From: Schmidtea nova
Taxonomy: Eukaryota
Assembly (NCBI GenBank): GCA_044892505.1
Contig: CM097883.1
Coordinates: 415,958,001 to 416,022,000, forward strand
Length of the DNA stretch: 64,000 bases
Direction of reading: 5' to 3'
Position numbers and translations under genes: made by a program. This document shows positions 20,182 to 31,698 of this stretch, in pieces; within the stretch, counting starts at the first letter, position 1, and the number at the start of each line of letters is the position of its first letter. The notes under the pieces are model-generated. The model ran no database searches. It was given only the letters and a program-made list of their open reading frames with translations, and was not told where the DNA came from.

Positions 20182-21514
20182 ATGGAGCGGAAACTAACTG
20201 TAAATAAATGATGTAAAATAAGTGTCAAGCTGTATTGACCTATATGTAAAGAAAGAGATGAGGAAGTTAATAGAAAGAGTTAAAAACAAACGATTTGGTG
20301 TTTTATGATATCAGAAAAGAACTTGTAATCTGTTGTATTCGTGTTTATATTTATTTCCTTGCATTATTTCTGATTATTATTGTAATACATAAGCAATAAT
20401 TGTGAGGTTGTAAGACTTTTTGATGTTAGAAGAAATTAAGAAAGAACTTTAAGAAGAGGAAATTGATGTAGATGAAAAGACAAGTATTCCGATCTATGAA
20501 TATGTTTAAGATGATAAAGAAAATCCAAAAGCTAATCAGGACTTATTTTAATATCAGAAGCTAGCAGGTTTGAACAGAATTGCACTACTATATAAAGATG
20601 CTTACAATGTTCACGATTATTAATTTATCCAGAAATCAGTTGGCATACTTCTGTTATTTTGGTTTCTCAAGTTTATTGCACAATTCTATAGATATCCGTC
20701 TATACAATTTTGTGATTTTATAATTTTATATCAAGTTCTACTCACGAATTATTTTTTAAAAAATGAAATGTCAGATTTGCACTAGCCTTATAAAAATAGC
20801 ATCACTATTGTTGAGGATACATAAATAATAAAATTAAATAATATCATAAATAAAATGATTGGGTGAGAATTGATCGAGTAAACGATATGATGCTCAGGAA
20901 TTCGTAGAAATGAATGAAATCGAACAATAAAGTAAAAGAAGGTCATTGCTAATTAACAACTACAAAATAATTCATTACAAAGATTAGCTTCCGAGACTTT
21001 TTACATAAAAAAATACAAACCTTCCATCAACATTCAATTCGCACAAAAAAATAATGTTAAAAAAAATTTTTAAAAAATTTATTTTCATCCAATAAAATCA
21101 TTATAAAATATAAAATAAATAATTATATAATAATATAACGATTGAAATAGACACTTGATAAAGGCTGTGCCGAAATATTGTGTTATTGTTTAAAAAATTG
21201 TGATTTATAGTTTTATGGAAATTATTAATATTTTTTATTTATTAAAATTTTTAATTAATTACTATTATTTATTTAATATTTATTTATTTCAAATTTATTA
21301 ACTATATAATAAGTAGATAATAAATATAATAAATATTTAATATTAATATTTGTGATGAGTTATGAATGTATATTATCTTGTTGTTATTATTCAATTTTTT
21401 TATCCGTATTTTTATTGTTTTCCATATTTTTATTGATTACCCGGGTTGTTATGTCCGTATTATTGTGTGATTGCGGCAACGTCATGTTACCCCCACTTTT
21501 TATGTTGGCTAATT

Positions 21515-21550
<36 letters not shown>

Positions 21551-22246
21551 CATTTTAAATTAGTATTTTTAATTTGAAATTCGAATTTGGCTTACTATAG
21601 CAAAGGCTATAAATAAGAAATATTGATTATTTAAATAATAATCTAATTAACTTGGCGACAGCTGGAAATTAAAGAAAGTAATAATCGAAGCTAAAAACTA
21701 ATTTAATTCTCTGGATCTACAAGCTATTAAACGTAAAGCGTACGCTGGAACGGAATATCAATCAAAAGACAAGATCTTTTACAAAATTCAAATAAAAAAT
21801 AAAGCTACAAATATAAATTGAAAATTTTACTACAAGATTTTTCTACAACATTGGAATTCATCTCCATTTCCTCTAAATACTTCAACAAACAAAAGTATAG
21901 AAAAATTAACACCTCAACAATAACAACAACAACAACAATCATCCTACAATCCTATCGTAATAAACGATCAACTATCAGAATCTGATAGTAAAGCAAAAAC
22001 TGCACAGACTATTGGCCGATTTGTGATCAGATCTTTTATAAAGTAATTGTATTGTGATTGTTGTTTTAGAGTTTAAATAAGTTAAATAATAAAATTTTTA
22101 TAATAACATATCATTTCGTTTTTACATTTCGTTTTTACCCCGAGTGTCTGCACACGAATACCGCAAGACTCTCTCGGGCGCTTACATTTCTCTTTCATAA
22201 CATATAGATATATTTAATTATAATAAAACGTTATAGTGCAACAAAT

Positions 22247-22258
22247 TGGTGTCAGAAG
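22247..22258 (+). promoter_or_regulatory. Primer-binding site, tRNA-Leu type
   Basis: TGGTGTCAGAAG 3 nt after LTR end ...GTGCAACA(22243); matches the first 12 nt of the tRNA-Leu PBS TGGTGTCAGAAGTGGGAT. Confidence 0.7.
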
Positions 22259-22446
22259 AAAAACAACAAAAAACACAATACACACTCGCCCAATTTTTGT
22301 TCTTTCAATTACTACGCCTTTTAGAATAGCTATAGATAGAGCTCTAAAGGATAGTTGACTCTGTTAGCCGAACACAGTAGGCTATATCCTTTAGTCAATC
22401 TCATTTTTTTCACATTAAAAAAAAGCAACACTACACATAAAGACAA

Positions 22447-23504
22447 ATGGCGTCGAACCAACAAAACCTAACAAACAATCCCCAAACACACAACAACGAA
22501 ACCACACCCAATCAACAAGAGAATACCAGTTATTATTACACCCCTGAAAACCATCACACCATAAATTCGATAATAAACCCCAAGGCAAACATTCCAAATT
22601 ACTTTACAGATGAGAACGGCACACACCAAAAATGGCTAGAGTTCTCAAAACTAACATTGACAATGTCAGGAATTAAATCGACAAAAAGCTTATGTTCCCA
22701 CATAATAGCCGCCGTACCTAGAAATATTCTAAATGAAATCGCAGACTGAATCGACGAAATAGCGAAAAGCGACGACCCATTTAACCTACTATACACAACC
22801 TTATTAAATAGAAATAAGGTGAACAGGAGGGAAGTTTTAGAGTCTTGTCTAAAAGATATACAGCTTGGAAATGACAAACCAAGCGAATTTCTGAGAAATC
22901 TGAAGAGCAAACTAGATTTTTTGCAACCCAAAATCACAAGCGCGGGTCAAAATGATTTCGTGAAAGACCGATTCATGAGGGCAATGCCGCAAGAAATAAG
23001 AAGCATCTTAGTGACAAACGACTGCACAGACCTCGACAAAATTGCCGATATCGCGGACAAAATTAATGACGAAATATTCCCAAAAGTTTGCAGAACATAC
23101 CGAAAACAACACCCGTGGAAAACAAGCAAGAAAACCGTCAAGAACGAGATAACCCCAACAATGATACCAATCTTCTGCTGAACTCGTTAATAAAGAAAGT
23201 TGACGAGGTCTTAACAGAAAACAATAACCTCAGGAATGACTTACAAGAGGCACAAGCGAGAGAAACGAAAAGAAACCAAATCAATCAAAACAACCGTACA
23301 GAACAAAACCCTAACTTTAACCTTTACCAAAATAACCATAACAACCCCACAGAGCAAAAACCAAATTTTAACCGATATAATAACCCAAACAACAGCTACA
23401 TACAAAATGAAAATTGGTGTTATTTTCACAATAGATTTAGAGACAAGGCGTACAAGTGCAACGCACCTTGTACTTTCAACAATAAAAAGCCGGAAAACTT
23501 ATAA
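22447..23504 (+). pseudogene. gag: Gag of a CsRn1-like Gypsy element
   Basis: WLEFSKL..GIKS..LCSHIIAAVP, LGNDKPSEFLRNLK and WCYFHNRFRDKAYKCNAPC; one nonsense codon and one frameshift. Confidence 0.8.
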
Positions 23505-23512
23505 AGTCATCA

Positions 23513-26180
23513 ATGATCGCACCGACCATTGGTGACAGCCAAACATTCACGGTGCAAAGCAACAATATAAATTTCCTCGTAGACTCCGGTTCAACAGTTA
23601 GTTTGTTACCAAGTTATTTGTTCCAATCCTTAAAAGAAGGAAACTACAACTTGTGCGCAGCAAATGGCAGCAACATCAAAACATATGGCAAACAAAAATT
23701 AACCATTAATATAAACAAAACAAACTACAATTGGGAATTTATCATCGCCGATGCGAAACAGGCCATTTAGGAGCCGATTTCCTAGCGAAATACAACTTGC
23801 TAGTAGACTTCCGAAATAAAGAAATTATACAAAATACTTTTGAAACAGAAAAATACCCAAACAACAAATCTAACCAGAAAAACTTAAAAATCTTAACAAA
23901 TTGTGACATCGAAGTAATCACCGCAAACACAATTAAAATACAAACAAAAGACTTACAAACCAAAAATACAACCAAATGTGAAAAAACACACACAGACAAT
24001 AATATACCAAAAGAAATCAAAGAATTACTCAAAAACTACCCTACAATCACAGACAAACTGTCAATAGAAACCACAAATAAATGTATCACAGAACACGCCA
24101 TCATAACAAACGGTAACCCAGTACACGCCAAAGTAAGACAACTGGACAACAAACAACTCACAATAACCAAAGAAATTTTCGACGATTTATTGGAAAACAG
24201 AATCATTCAACACTCCAATTCAAACTGGTCATCTGCGCTCATGTTAAAAGAAAAAGCAAATGGCGAATGGAGAGCATGCGGAGATTATAGAGCTTTGAAC
24301 AATATCACAATACCCGACAAATACCCCATACCTATAATCAACGACATAATCAACAGGATACATAACCCAAATTACTTCAGTAAAATTGACTTACAAAAAG
24401 CATATCACCAAATTCCGGTGCGTGAAGAAGATATAAAAAAACTGCAATAATAACGCCGATCGGGTTATATGAATACAATCAAATGCCATTCGGTTTGAAA
24501 AACGCAGCCGCCACTTTCCAAAGGTTCATGGACCAAATCCTGAGAAACCACAGGAATACGGTTGCGTATTTAGACGACATCCTAATCGCATCAACAAATA
24601 AAATCGAACATATTAAGGACATTAAGGAAGTCCTAAACACCCTAAACAATCACGATCTCAAAATAAATATTAAGAAGTGCGAATTCTTAAAACACGAAGT
24701 CAAGTTCTTGGGACATATCCTTAACGAAAATGGAACAAGACCTCTAGACGACAAAATAAAAGCCATCAAAGAATTCCCACTCCCCAAAACAAGAAGAGAA
24801 TTAAGACGTTTTATGGGAATGATAAACTTTTACCACAAACACATCCCAAAGTGCAGCGAGATACTCGCACCATTAACCTAACATACATACTCAACACTGA
24901 TTGCTCTGGAACAGCAATGGGAAGTACAATATACCAAGAAAAGCATAATGAAAAAAGACCCATCGCATTTTTATCAAAAAAACTCAAAGTTCATATGCGA
25001 TATTCCACTTTTGACAGGGAACTGCTGGCGGTACACGATACAATAAAACACTTCCAATACCTCTTAGAAGGGAAAGAATTCGAGGTGTATACAGACCACA
25101 AACCTCTAGTAAACGCAATCAACATGAAATTACCGTCACCAAGACAAATAAGACAGTTAAATTACATTTCACAATTCAATTGCGAAATAAAATAAATAGC
25201 AGGAGCAGCAAACATATGCGCAGATACCCTTTCGTGAATTGAAACAGAAACAAACGCGATCAGCATGATCCCAATAGTGAATCAAGAAACAATGAGAAAC
25301 AAGCAAGAAAGAGCAATAAAAAACTTTCCAAAACTCAACTCACTTATTCTAAAAGAGATGGATGGAATTTGGTACTATGTCTCAAACGAAAACAACATAA
25401 GACTAAAAGTACATGAGGAACACAGAATCGAACTCATCAAACACGAACTCATGCACACAAAAGTGGTATGGCCGAACATGAGGAAGGACATCAAAGAATT
25501 CGTAAACTCATGTATAAACTGCCAGAAAAACAAAATAACAACTAGATTCAAAACAAAAAAAATTGAAATCCCAAAAACAGAACCTTTCCAAACAATACAT
25601 ATAGACATAGTTGGTCCATTACCACCTAACAACAAACACAAATACCTATTGACGATAATAGACCGATACACTTACTGGTTTGAGGCTATCCCAATCCAAG
25701 AGATCTCAACAGCAACAATTTGCAGGAAACTAGAAATAAACTGGTTTGCGAGATACGGATGTCCAAAAACAATTATTAGCGATCAAGGCAGACAATTTGA
25801 ATCTGATATGTTCAAAGGACTGTGCAACAAATACAAAAAAAAAGAAAGTCAGAACAACAGCATATAACCCACAGTCAAACGGCAAAGTGGAAAGACTTCA
25901 CAGAGCATTAAAACAAGCGATACGAACTAAAGCTAATGACAGAAACTGGTTAGGAAAACTGCCAGAAATCCTAATCGCATTACGAAATAATCCATCTTCG
26001 ATAAATAATAAAAGCCCTAGCCAATTAAATTTTGGACATTCTACAAACCTCCCAAATTTAATAAAAAATGTCGAAAACACGAATAAAACATTCGAAGTCA
26101 AAACACAAACAAAGCATAACGAAACAAAAGAAGCTTTCGTAAATAGAAATGACAAACACAAACTTGCAAAAACACTATAA
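23513..26180 (+). pseudogene. pol: pol: protease, RT, RNase H, integrase truncated before GPY/F
   Basis: FLVDSGSTVS; WRACGDYRALN, DLQKAYHQI, MPFGLKNAAATFQR, AYLDDILI; YSTFDRELLA, YTDHKPL; CINCQKNK, IHIDIVGPLP, IISDQGRQFES, NGKVERLHR. Confidence 0.95.
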
Positions 26181-26886
26181 CGTTTTATTATAATTAAATA
26201 TATCTATATGTTGTGAAAGAGAAATATAAGCGCCCGAGAGAGTCTTGCGGTATTCGTGTGCAGACACTCGGGGTGTATGCTATGTGATGCTAAAAGAACA
26301 GTAAAAACGAAATGATATGTTATTATAAAAATTTTATTATTAACTTATTTAAACTCTAAAACAACAATCACAATACAATTACTTTATAAAAGATCTGATC
26401 ACAAATCGGCCAATAGTCTGTGCAGTTTTTGCTTTACTATCAGATTCTGATAGTTGATCGTTTATTATGATAGGATTGTAGGATAATTGTTGTTGTTGTT
26501 GTTATTGTTCAGGTGTTAATTTTTCTATACTTCTTTTGTTTGTTGAAGTATTTAGAGGAAATGAAGATGAATTCCAATGTTGTAGCAAAATCTTGTAGTA
26601 AAATTTTCAATTTATATTTGTAGTTTTATCTTTTATTTGAATTTTGTAAAAGATCTTATGTCTTTTGATTGATATTCCGTTCCATCGTACGCTTTGCGTT
26701 TAATAGCTTGTAGATCCCGAGAATTAAATTAGTTTTTAGCTTCGATTATTACTTTCTTTAATTTCCAGCTGTCGCCAAGTTAATTAGATTATTATTTAAA
26801 TAATCAATATTTCTTATTTCTTATTTATAGCCTTTGCTATAGTAAGCCAAATTCGAATTTCAAATTAAAAATACTAATTTAAAATG

Positions 26887-26928
<42 letters not shown>

Positions 26929-27358
26929 AATTAGCCAACATAAAAAGGGGATACCATGCCGTTGCCGCTATCACACAATAATACGGATATAACAACCCGG
27001 GTAAACAATGAAAATACGGATAAAACTCGGATAAAACTCGGATAAAACTCATCACAAATATTAATAAATAAATAATATTTGTTTATTTCAAATTTATTAA
27101 CGTTTTTATAACTTTATAATAAGTAGATAATAAATATAATAAATATAATAAAATCATAAATATTTAATATTAATATTAATAAATAAATAATATTTGTTTA
27201 TTTCAAATTTATTAACGTATTTTTACAAAAATTACTATATTTCTTTCAATTTTTTTCATTTCAAATTTATTATTGTTTTTATAACTTTATAATATGTAGA
27301 TAATAAATATAATAAAATAAGAAATAATATACGAAAGGTAGTGAATAAAATTAAATAC

Positions 27359-29344
27359 CTCCAACTGAAAGTATAAGAGAATCATTGTTGAAACAGGCAA
27401 TATATAATAAGGATCATACATGGTTAGATCCGTAAACCAAAACATACCACCCGTTTTAAGGCTAGCTACAGGTAATTCTGCCATATGCTTAAGACCAATC
27501 ATAACAGATAAAAATACTGGAATCTAACATGAAAATCAAACAAGGAAATTAGGCTTTCCAAATGTGAATACCTGTAAGATTGAGTATACAATACTTTTGA
27601 TCGGACTGAATCCCGTAGTAGACAATAGCTTCTGGTGATCTTGCATTAATTTAGCTACTAAACTTGACAAGTACTTTTAAAAATAACCCATTTCATATGT
27701 AAATATTAACAAAGTTATGTCAAATATACAGCACGTTATTCATGCTTAGAAAGTGTAAATCTTTGGCCACACAAAACATGTAATAAACCAATCGAACAAG
27801 GTCATACAAGGTAAAATCCCCTAAGTTCAATATGACACACGAAAGATCACCAATTTAAGTTGTATCCGCCTCTCGCCCGTATCACCGCCTGCACCTGATC
27901 GGGCATCGATGCCACAAGTTTCCGGCAAGCCTTCAACCAAACATTTACGATGGCTAGTTATCACGGTATTGACAACATTTGACTTTAATATGGCCCACAA
28001 TGACTATTGCCCAGCCACAGTAATACGGTAGTATTGGACAAACTGGGATATCACATAGACTGCTTAAAACTGTGACAAAGGGGTTCATCTTGATAAACAC
28101 AAAATAACATTGAGGAAACCATTATGTGGCCTGTTCAGAGATTATAGTCCTATGATCGCACACCTACTCCACATGCACACACCTACTCGGGCACTGGTGA
28201 CTCATGTGGCATTGATGTATACAGTGATCCACGCGATAGGTAGACACGCTACATATTAGTGATTCTTCGTGTGCACTATCTTTTGCTCTTTCTCCATTTA
28301 AACTTCATTTTATTCCATTATATCTTTTGCCCTTTCTCCATTTACCCTTCATACTGATAAATTATTAGTAAGATAAAAGAGACACGCATGTTACCTAGAA
28401 ACCTCGAAACAGGCGATAGTGAAATGAGAAAAAAAGCTTAGAATTAAACATTGGTGACTCACGTTTAAAAACTGGACATTACCTTTATTACGTCCCAAGT
28501 AGTTACAACGGTAAGTAAATTGCCCAATAGCCAAATGAAAATGGTCAATCAATGGTAAATCATAAAATATTTTACTGATAGTAAATAATTAACTCATAAA
28601 ATTTCATTAAAATTATTTTTATTAGCTTCAATTGATTAATTTGTACTTAAATATAGAAAAAAATAGATTTACAAAATTTGGTAATAAATAATTATTTATT
28701 TTATTAACACAATAAGCTAATAAAAATAGTAATATAAAAAAGTATAATTCACCTGTTAATGAATTGTATGAAACTTGTGCTGAATGCAATTTCTTTTGTA
28801 GCTCATCAAGCTTTGGAGCCACGTATGAATTGATTATGGTTAATTTTTTGATTTTATATGAAACTGGGCTCATAATTATTCGAAACATAACTCCACCTAT
28901 TGTTGATAGACTTATTAGCATTTGTTTCCAGCTGAGAATATTCCCTACTTGCAACAATTGTCGCCCACCACGGAAGCCCGGCATTGACATGCATAATTTC
29001 ATAGAGATATTGGATCCATCCCGTGGGCCAATAACTGTTCAAACCTAGTGATATAAATGTCGGTTCCCCTAAATGATTGAGATCCAAAAATTTAGGCAAT
29101 AATTCTGGATCGATTGGTGGTTCAGGTAAATAATATTTGGAAACATCAACACTAGTTTCAGTAGGCGCTATTTTACTCACCTATTCACCGATTGAAATTA
29201 TTTTCAATTATTAATTTTTCATATAATTACGTTGATTTTATCATTTGAAATGCCAGATATCGTTCTATTTAAAATATTTACATTGTGAATGCAACTGAAA
29301 TAATTCTGAGATAAAATTGCATGTCGAAATTTAGATATTAACAT
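27359..29344 (-). CDS. OXA1L: Mitochondrial inner-membrane insertase OXA1-like, exons 1-5; 3' exons not found
   Basis: Exons 29231-29344 (MLISKFRH.. presequence-like), 28949-29180 (GLNSYWPTGWIQYLYEIMHVNAGLPWWATIVAS), 28753-28896, 27572-27657 and 27359-27523 (SLKTGGMFWFTDLTMYDPYYILP). GT-AG sites are phase-consistent; three introns are ~50 nt. Confidence 0.9.
27850..28010 (-). mobile_element. Tc1-family transposase C-terminal remnant in an OXA1L intron
   Basis: SLWAILKSNV and CRKLVASMPDQVQAVIRARGG, typical Tc1 C-terminal motifs. Confidence 0.65.
28125..28463 (+). repeat. Possible LTR fragment (TGT...ACA, 326 bp) followed by PBS-like TGGTGAC
   Basis: TGTGGCC start, AAACA end at 28450, TGGTGACTC at 28452. 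No second copy. Confidence 0.35.
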
Positions 29345-29955
29345 ATTCAATGTAAATTTAAAATACAAATATTTAATACAATTATTTAAACAAATACAAT
29401 TATTATATATATGACGTAATTTACAATAATTATAAAAAGGCATTTAGATTTAAGATTGACAAGTTATTACCAAAAGATTTTGTAAAATTTAACAATGACA
29501 ATATTAATTAATGATTTTATATTACAGGTGAGTGTTAGTTAGAAAATAAATTTTAAAAATTAAAAATTAACTTTATTGAGCGAAATATAAATGAATCACA
29601 TTTGTTGGGCTGGTAGAAGCGAAAAACTAAATACACACAAAAAGGTGAATTTAAAACTAACAATAACACATAAAAACATTAAGCAAAAAAATTGCACAAA
29701 AATATACAGAATAGTACGAGTTGTAGGGCAAAACTGAAATTTTTTAAAATAAAGTAGTAGCACAGCATCTAAAGAGCACACAAGAAGTAAACTTAAAATT
29801 CTATCAGTAGAAACACCAAGTAACAACAAAACACATAAATATTAAATAAAGCACGTTTAAAAATCAAAATGAACAAAAGTGCAAACATATATATATATAT
29901 ATATAACATAAAAACATCAATTACAAAATAAAATTACAAATTAGGTTGACTCCAG

Positions 29956-30882
29956 CTAGGTGCTTTTGATTTTCTGAATCCTTTCATAGCGTTCAGTGTC
30001 ATCTGTCATCTCTGGAATGCTATCTCTCAGTGGTAATGAACCATTTCCTTTCGATTTTATGAAATCTTTCAAGGCCACAACGAAAATCCAGAGAGATTTT
30101 GACTCACAGTGAATGTCAATACGACGAGGATCCTCTAAAAGTGTCCTGACGTAGATTAGAATCTCAGAACGAAAAACAGTCGTTGGAATTGACTTCCTTG
30201 CTTCTCTGAAACTCTCTAAATATAGTGACAGAGGTAAGTCCTCTTTTGAGGCGCATAATTTTAGATAATCCTCGCGTCTTTTATTGATCATTTTCCTCAG
30301 ATATGGTCTGTCTTTACACGAATTTGGCCATTTTTCGAACTGAGATTGGAATAGAGTGATATATTTCATTAAATTGTCTTTTCGATTTCCGAGCATCGAT
30401 TTTCTACTATTAATTTAATCAGTATCATTGACTTCAGATCTATCTTCTATATCATCAAGCATAAAGGTGTTCGACCAACATTAAATTTGCGCCAATAATC
30501 CCTGTCGAAATATCGGTGAATTAAATTGTAGGTTTTCTTCAATTACTGAAGATTGCCCATGATCAGAAATGATTGAATCTCTCGAAGACAACACATTAAT
30601 TAAATCATCAACAAAAGAGCCCCCGACCCAACCGACCACACTCGAATCAGCTGCAGCATCACCAACTCTTGATTTAAGAAATTCCAAACCAACACTAGGA
30701 CCTTCCTCATAACAAGCAGATTTTGTTAGGCTCTCTTTAAAGGGAAGTCTTAAGCTACTGGGAAATTCAGCATTTTCCCATAAACTATAATTTGAACTAC
30801 TATCAGAATATAGTAAGTGATAATCTTTCATTTCACCATTCATCTTTAAAATTCCAAAACCAAAGAATTTATTTAATTCCAC
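29956..30882 (-). pseudogene. NAE1: Intronless, diverged NEDD8-activating enzyme E1 regulatory subunit (APPBP1)-like copy, 3'-truncated
   Basis: SLWIFVVALKDFIKSKGNGSLPLRDSIPEMTDDTERYERIQ vs APPBP1 [50 protein letters not shown] vs GTEILKNLV; two in-frame stops. Confidence 0.6.
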
Positions 30883-31698
30883 AATTTGCCAATGGTCATC
30901 AAATTTTTAACTCCAAAACCAGACAATAATCACATTTTTTAAACACCATTTTCCTACATATTTATTCAAAATCACTAACTTACCATGCAAAGTTTAAATC
31001 ATTTTTAATTACACATTAAATTCGTAACAATTCCAATTCAATTCAAAAATATCTACAAAGCGACTTTGTTTTTAAACTTCACTCAAAAAATCACACTTCA
31101 TCACGATTACCAAATATTATTTAAAACCAAATTACTCTTACTATGCAAATTTTCAAACAATTCTAACTTACACAAATATTATTAAAACAACATTTTTAAA
31201 AAACTTTGTTTTCTACTTTAATAATCAAATATAAAATTTTTCTTATTTTCCAAAACAACTATTACCAAAATTAAAATTTCATTCCAAAAACTTTTAAAAA
31301 TTTAAATTCTAAATCAATCACAAATTCAATTCACGAATTGAAGATTTCTTAATATATTCAGTTCCTAAAATTCAGCAATTGAATTGTCACTAATATGATA
31401 TTTATGTTACACACAAATAGAATCAGTTTTGATATCTTCTCTGGTTACTGTAGGGTTGTGGTGCACTGTTGAAATTGTAATACAAATCAGGAGACAATTG
31501 ATAAGCACTTAAAGGAATCGATGAATCGATTAAGTCTATAGTCCGAGAGTTGGAATGCTGATGAAATAGTGATTTGAAAACATATGGTCTGATGTGAAAA
31601 TAATTATTCATACTGTATTATGCGCCGAGTGCCGATCCTTCAATAACATTAATTACAACTAATCCGACTAGTGAAGGTCTCACAGATTTAACAGCAGA

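Larger units (their letters stand above)
1..20250 (+). mobile_element. Giant env-bearing Ty3/Gypsy-like LTR retroelement, degenerate; starts inside the 5' LTR, 3' LTR apparently truncated
   Basis: PBS at 1008, gag knuckles, protease, RT (YIDD), RNase H, env-like glycoprotein and PPT at 15884 are all on the + strand with continuous strong A-rich strand bias. The 3' boundary is approximate. Confidence 0.85.
15897..20250 (+). repeat. Putative very long, gene-bearing 3' LTR (truncated)
   Basis: Inferred from the PPT+TG junction right after the polyprotein stop. No matching copy is inside the window. Confidence 0.4.
21351..27056 (+). mobile_element. Gypsy (CsRn1-like) element bracketed by ~890-bp inverted repeats
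   Basis: 21351-22238 is the reverse complement of 26173-27056, with substitutions and indels; outer ends TGTGATGAG...CTCATCACA; AATATT on both flanks. Confidence 0.85.

Noticed and set aside
20430-21990. Alternative genetic code (TAA=Gln), suggested by TAA-interrupted frames here and at ~50400-50860
   Set aside because: TAA frequency is about what AT-rich DNA gives by chance; host exons use CAA/CAG; stops in the elements fall at Y, W, C and R positions too.
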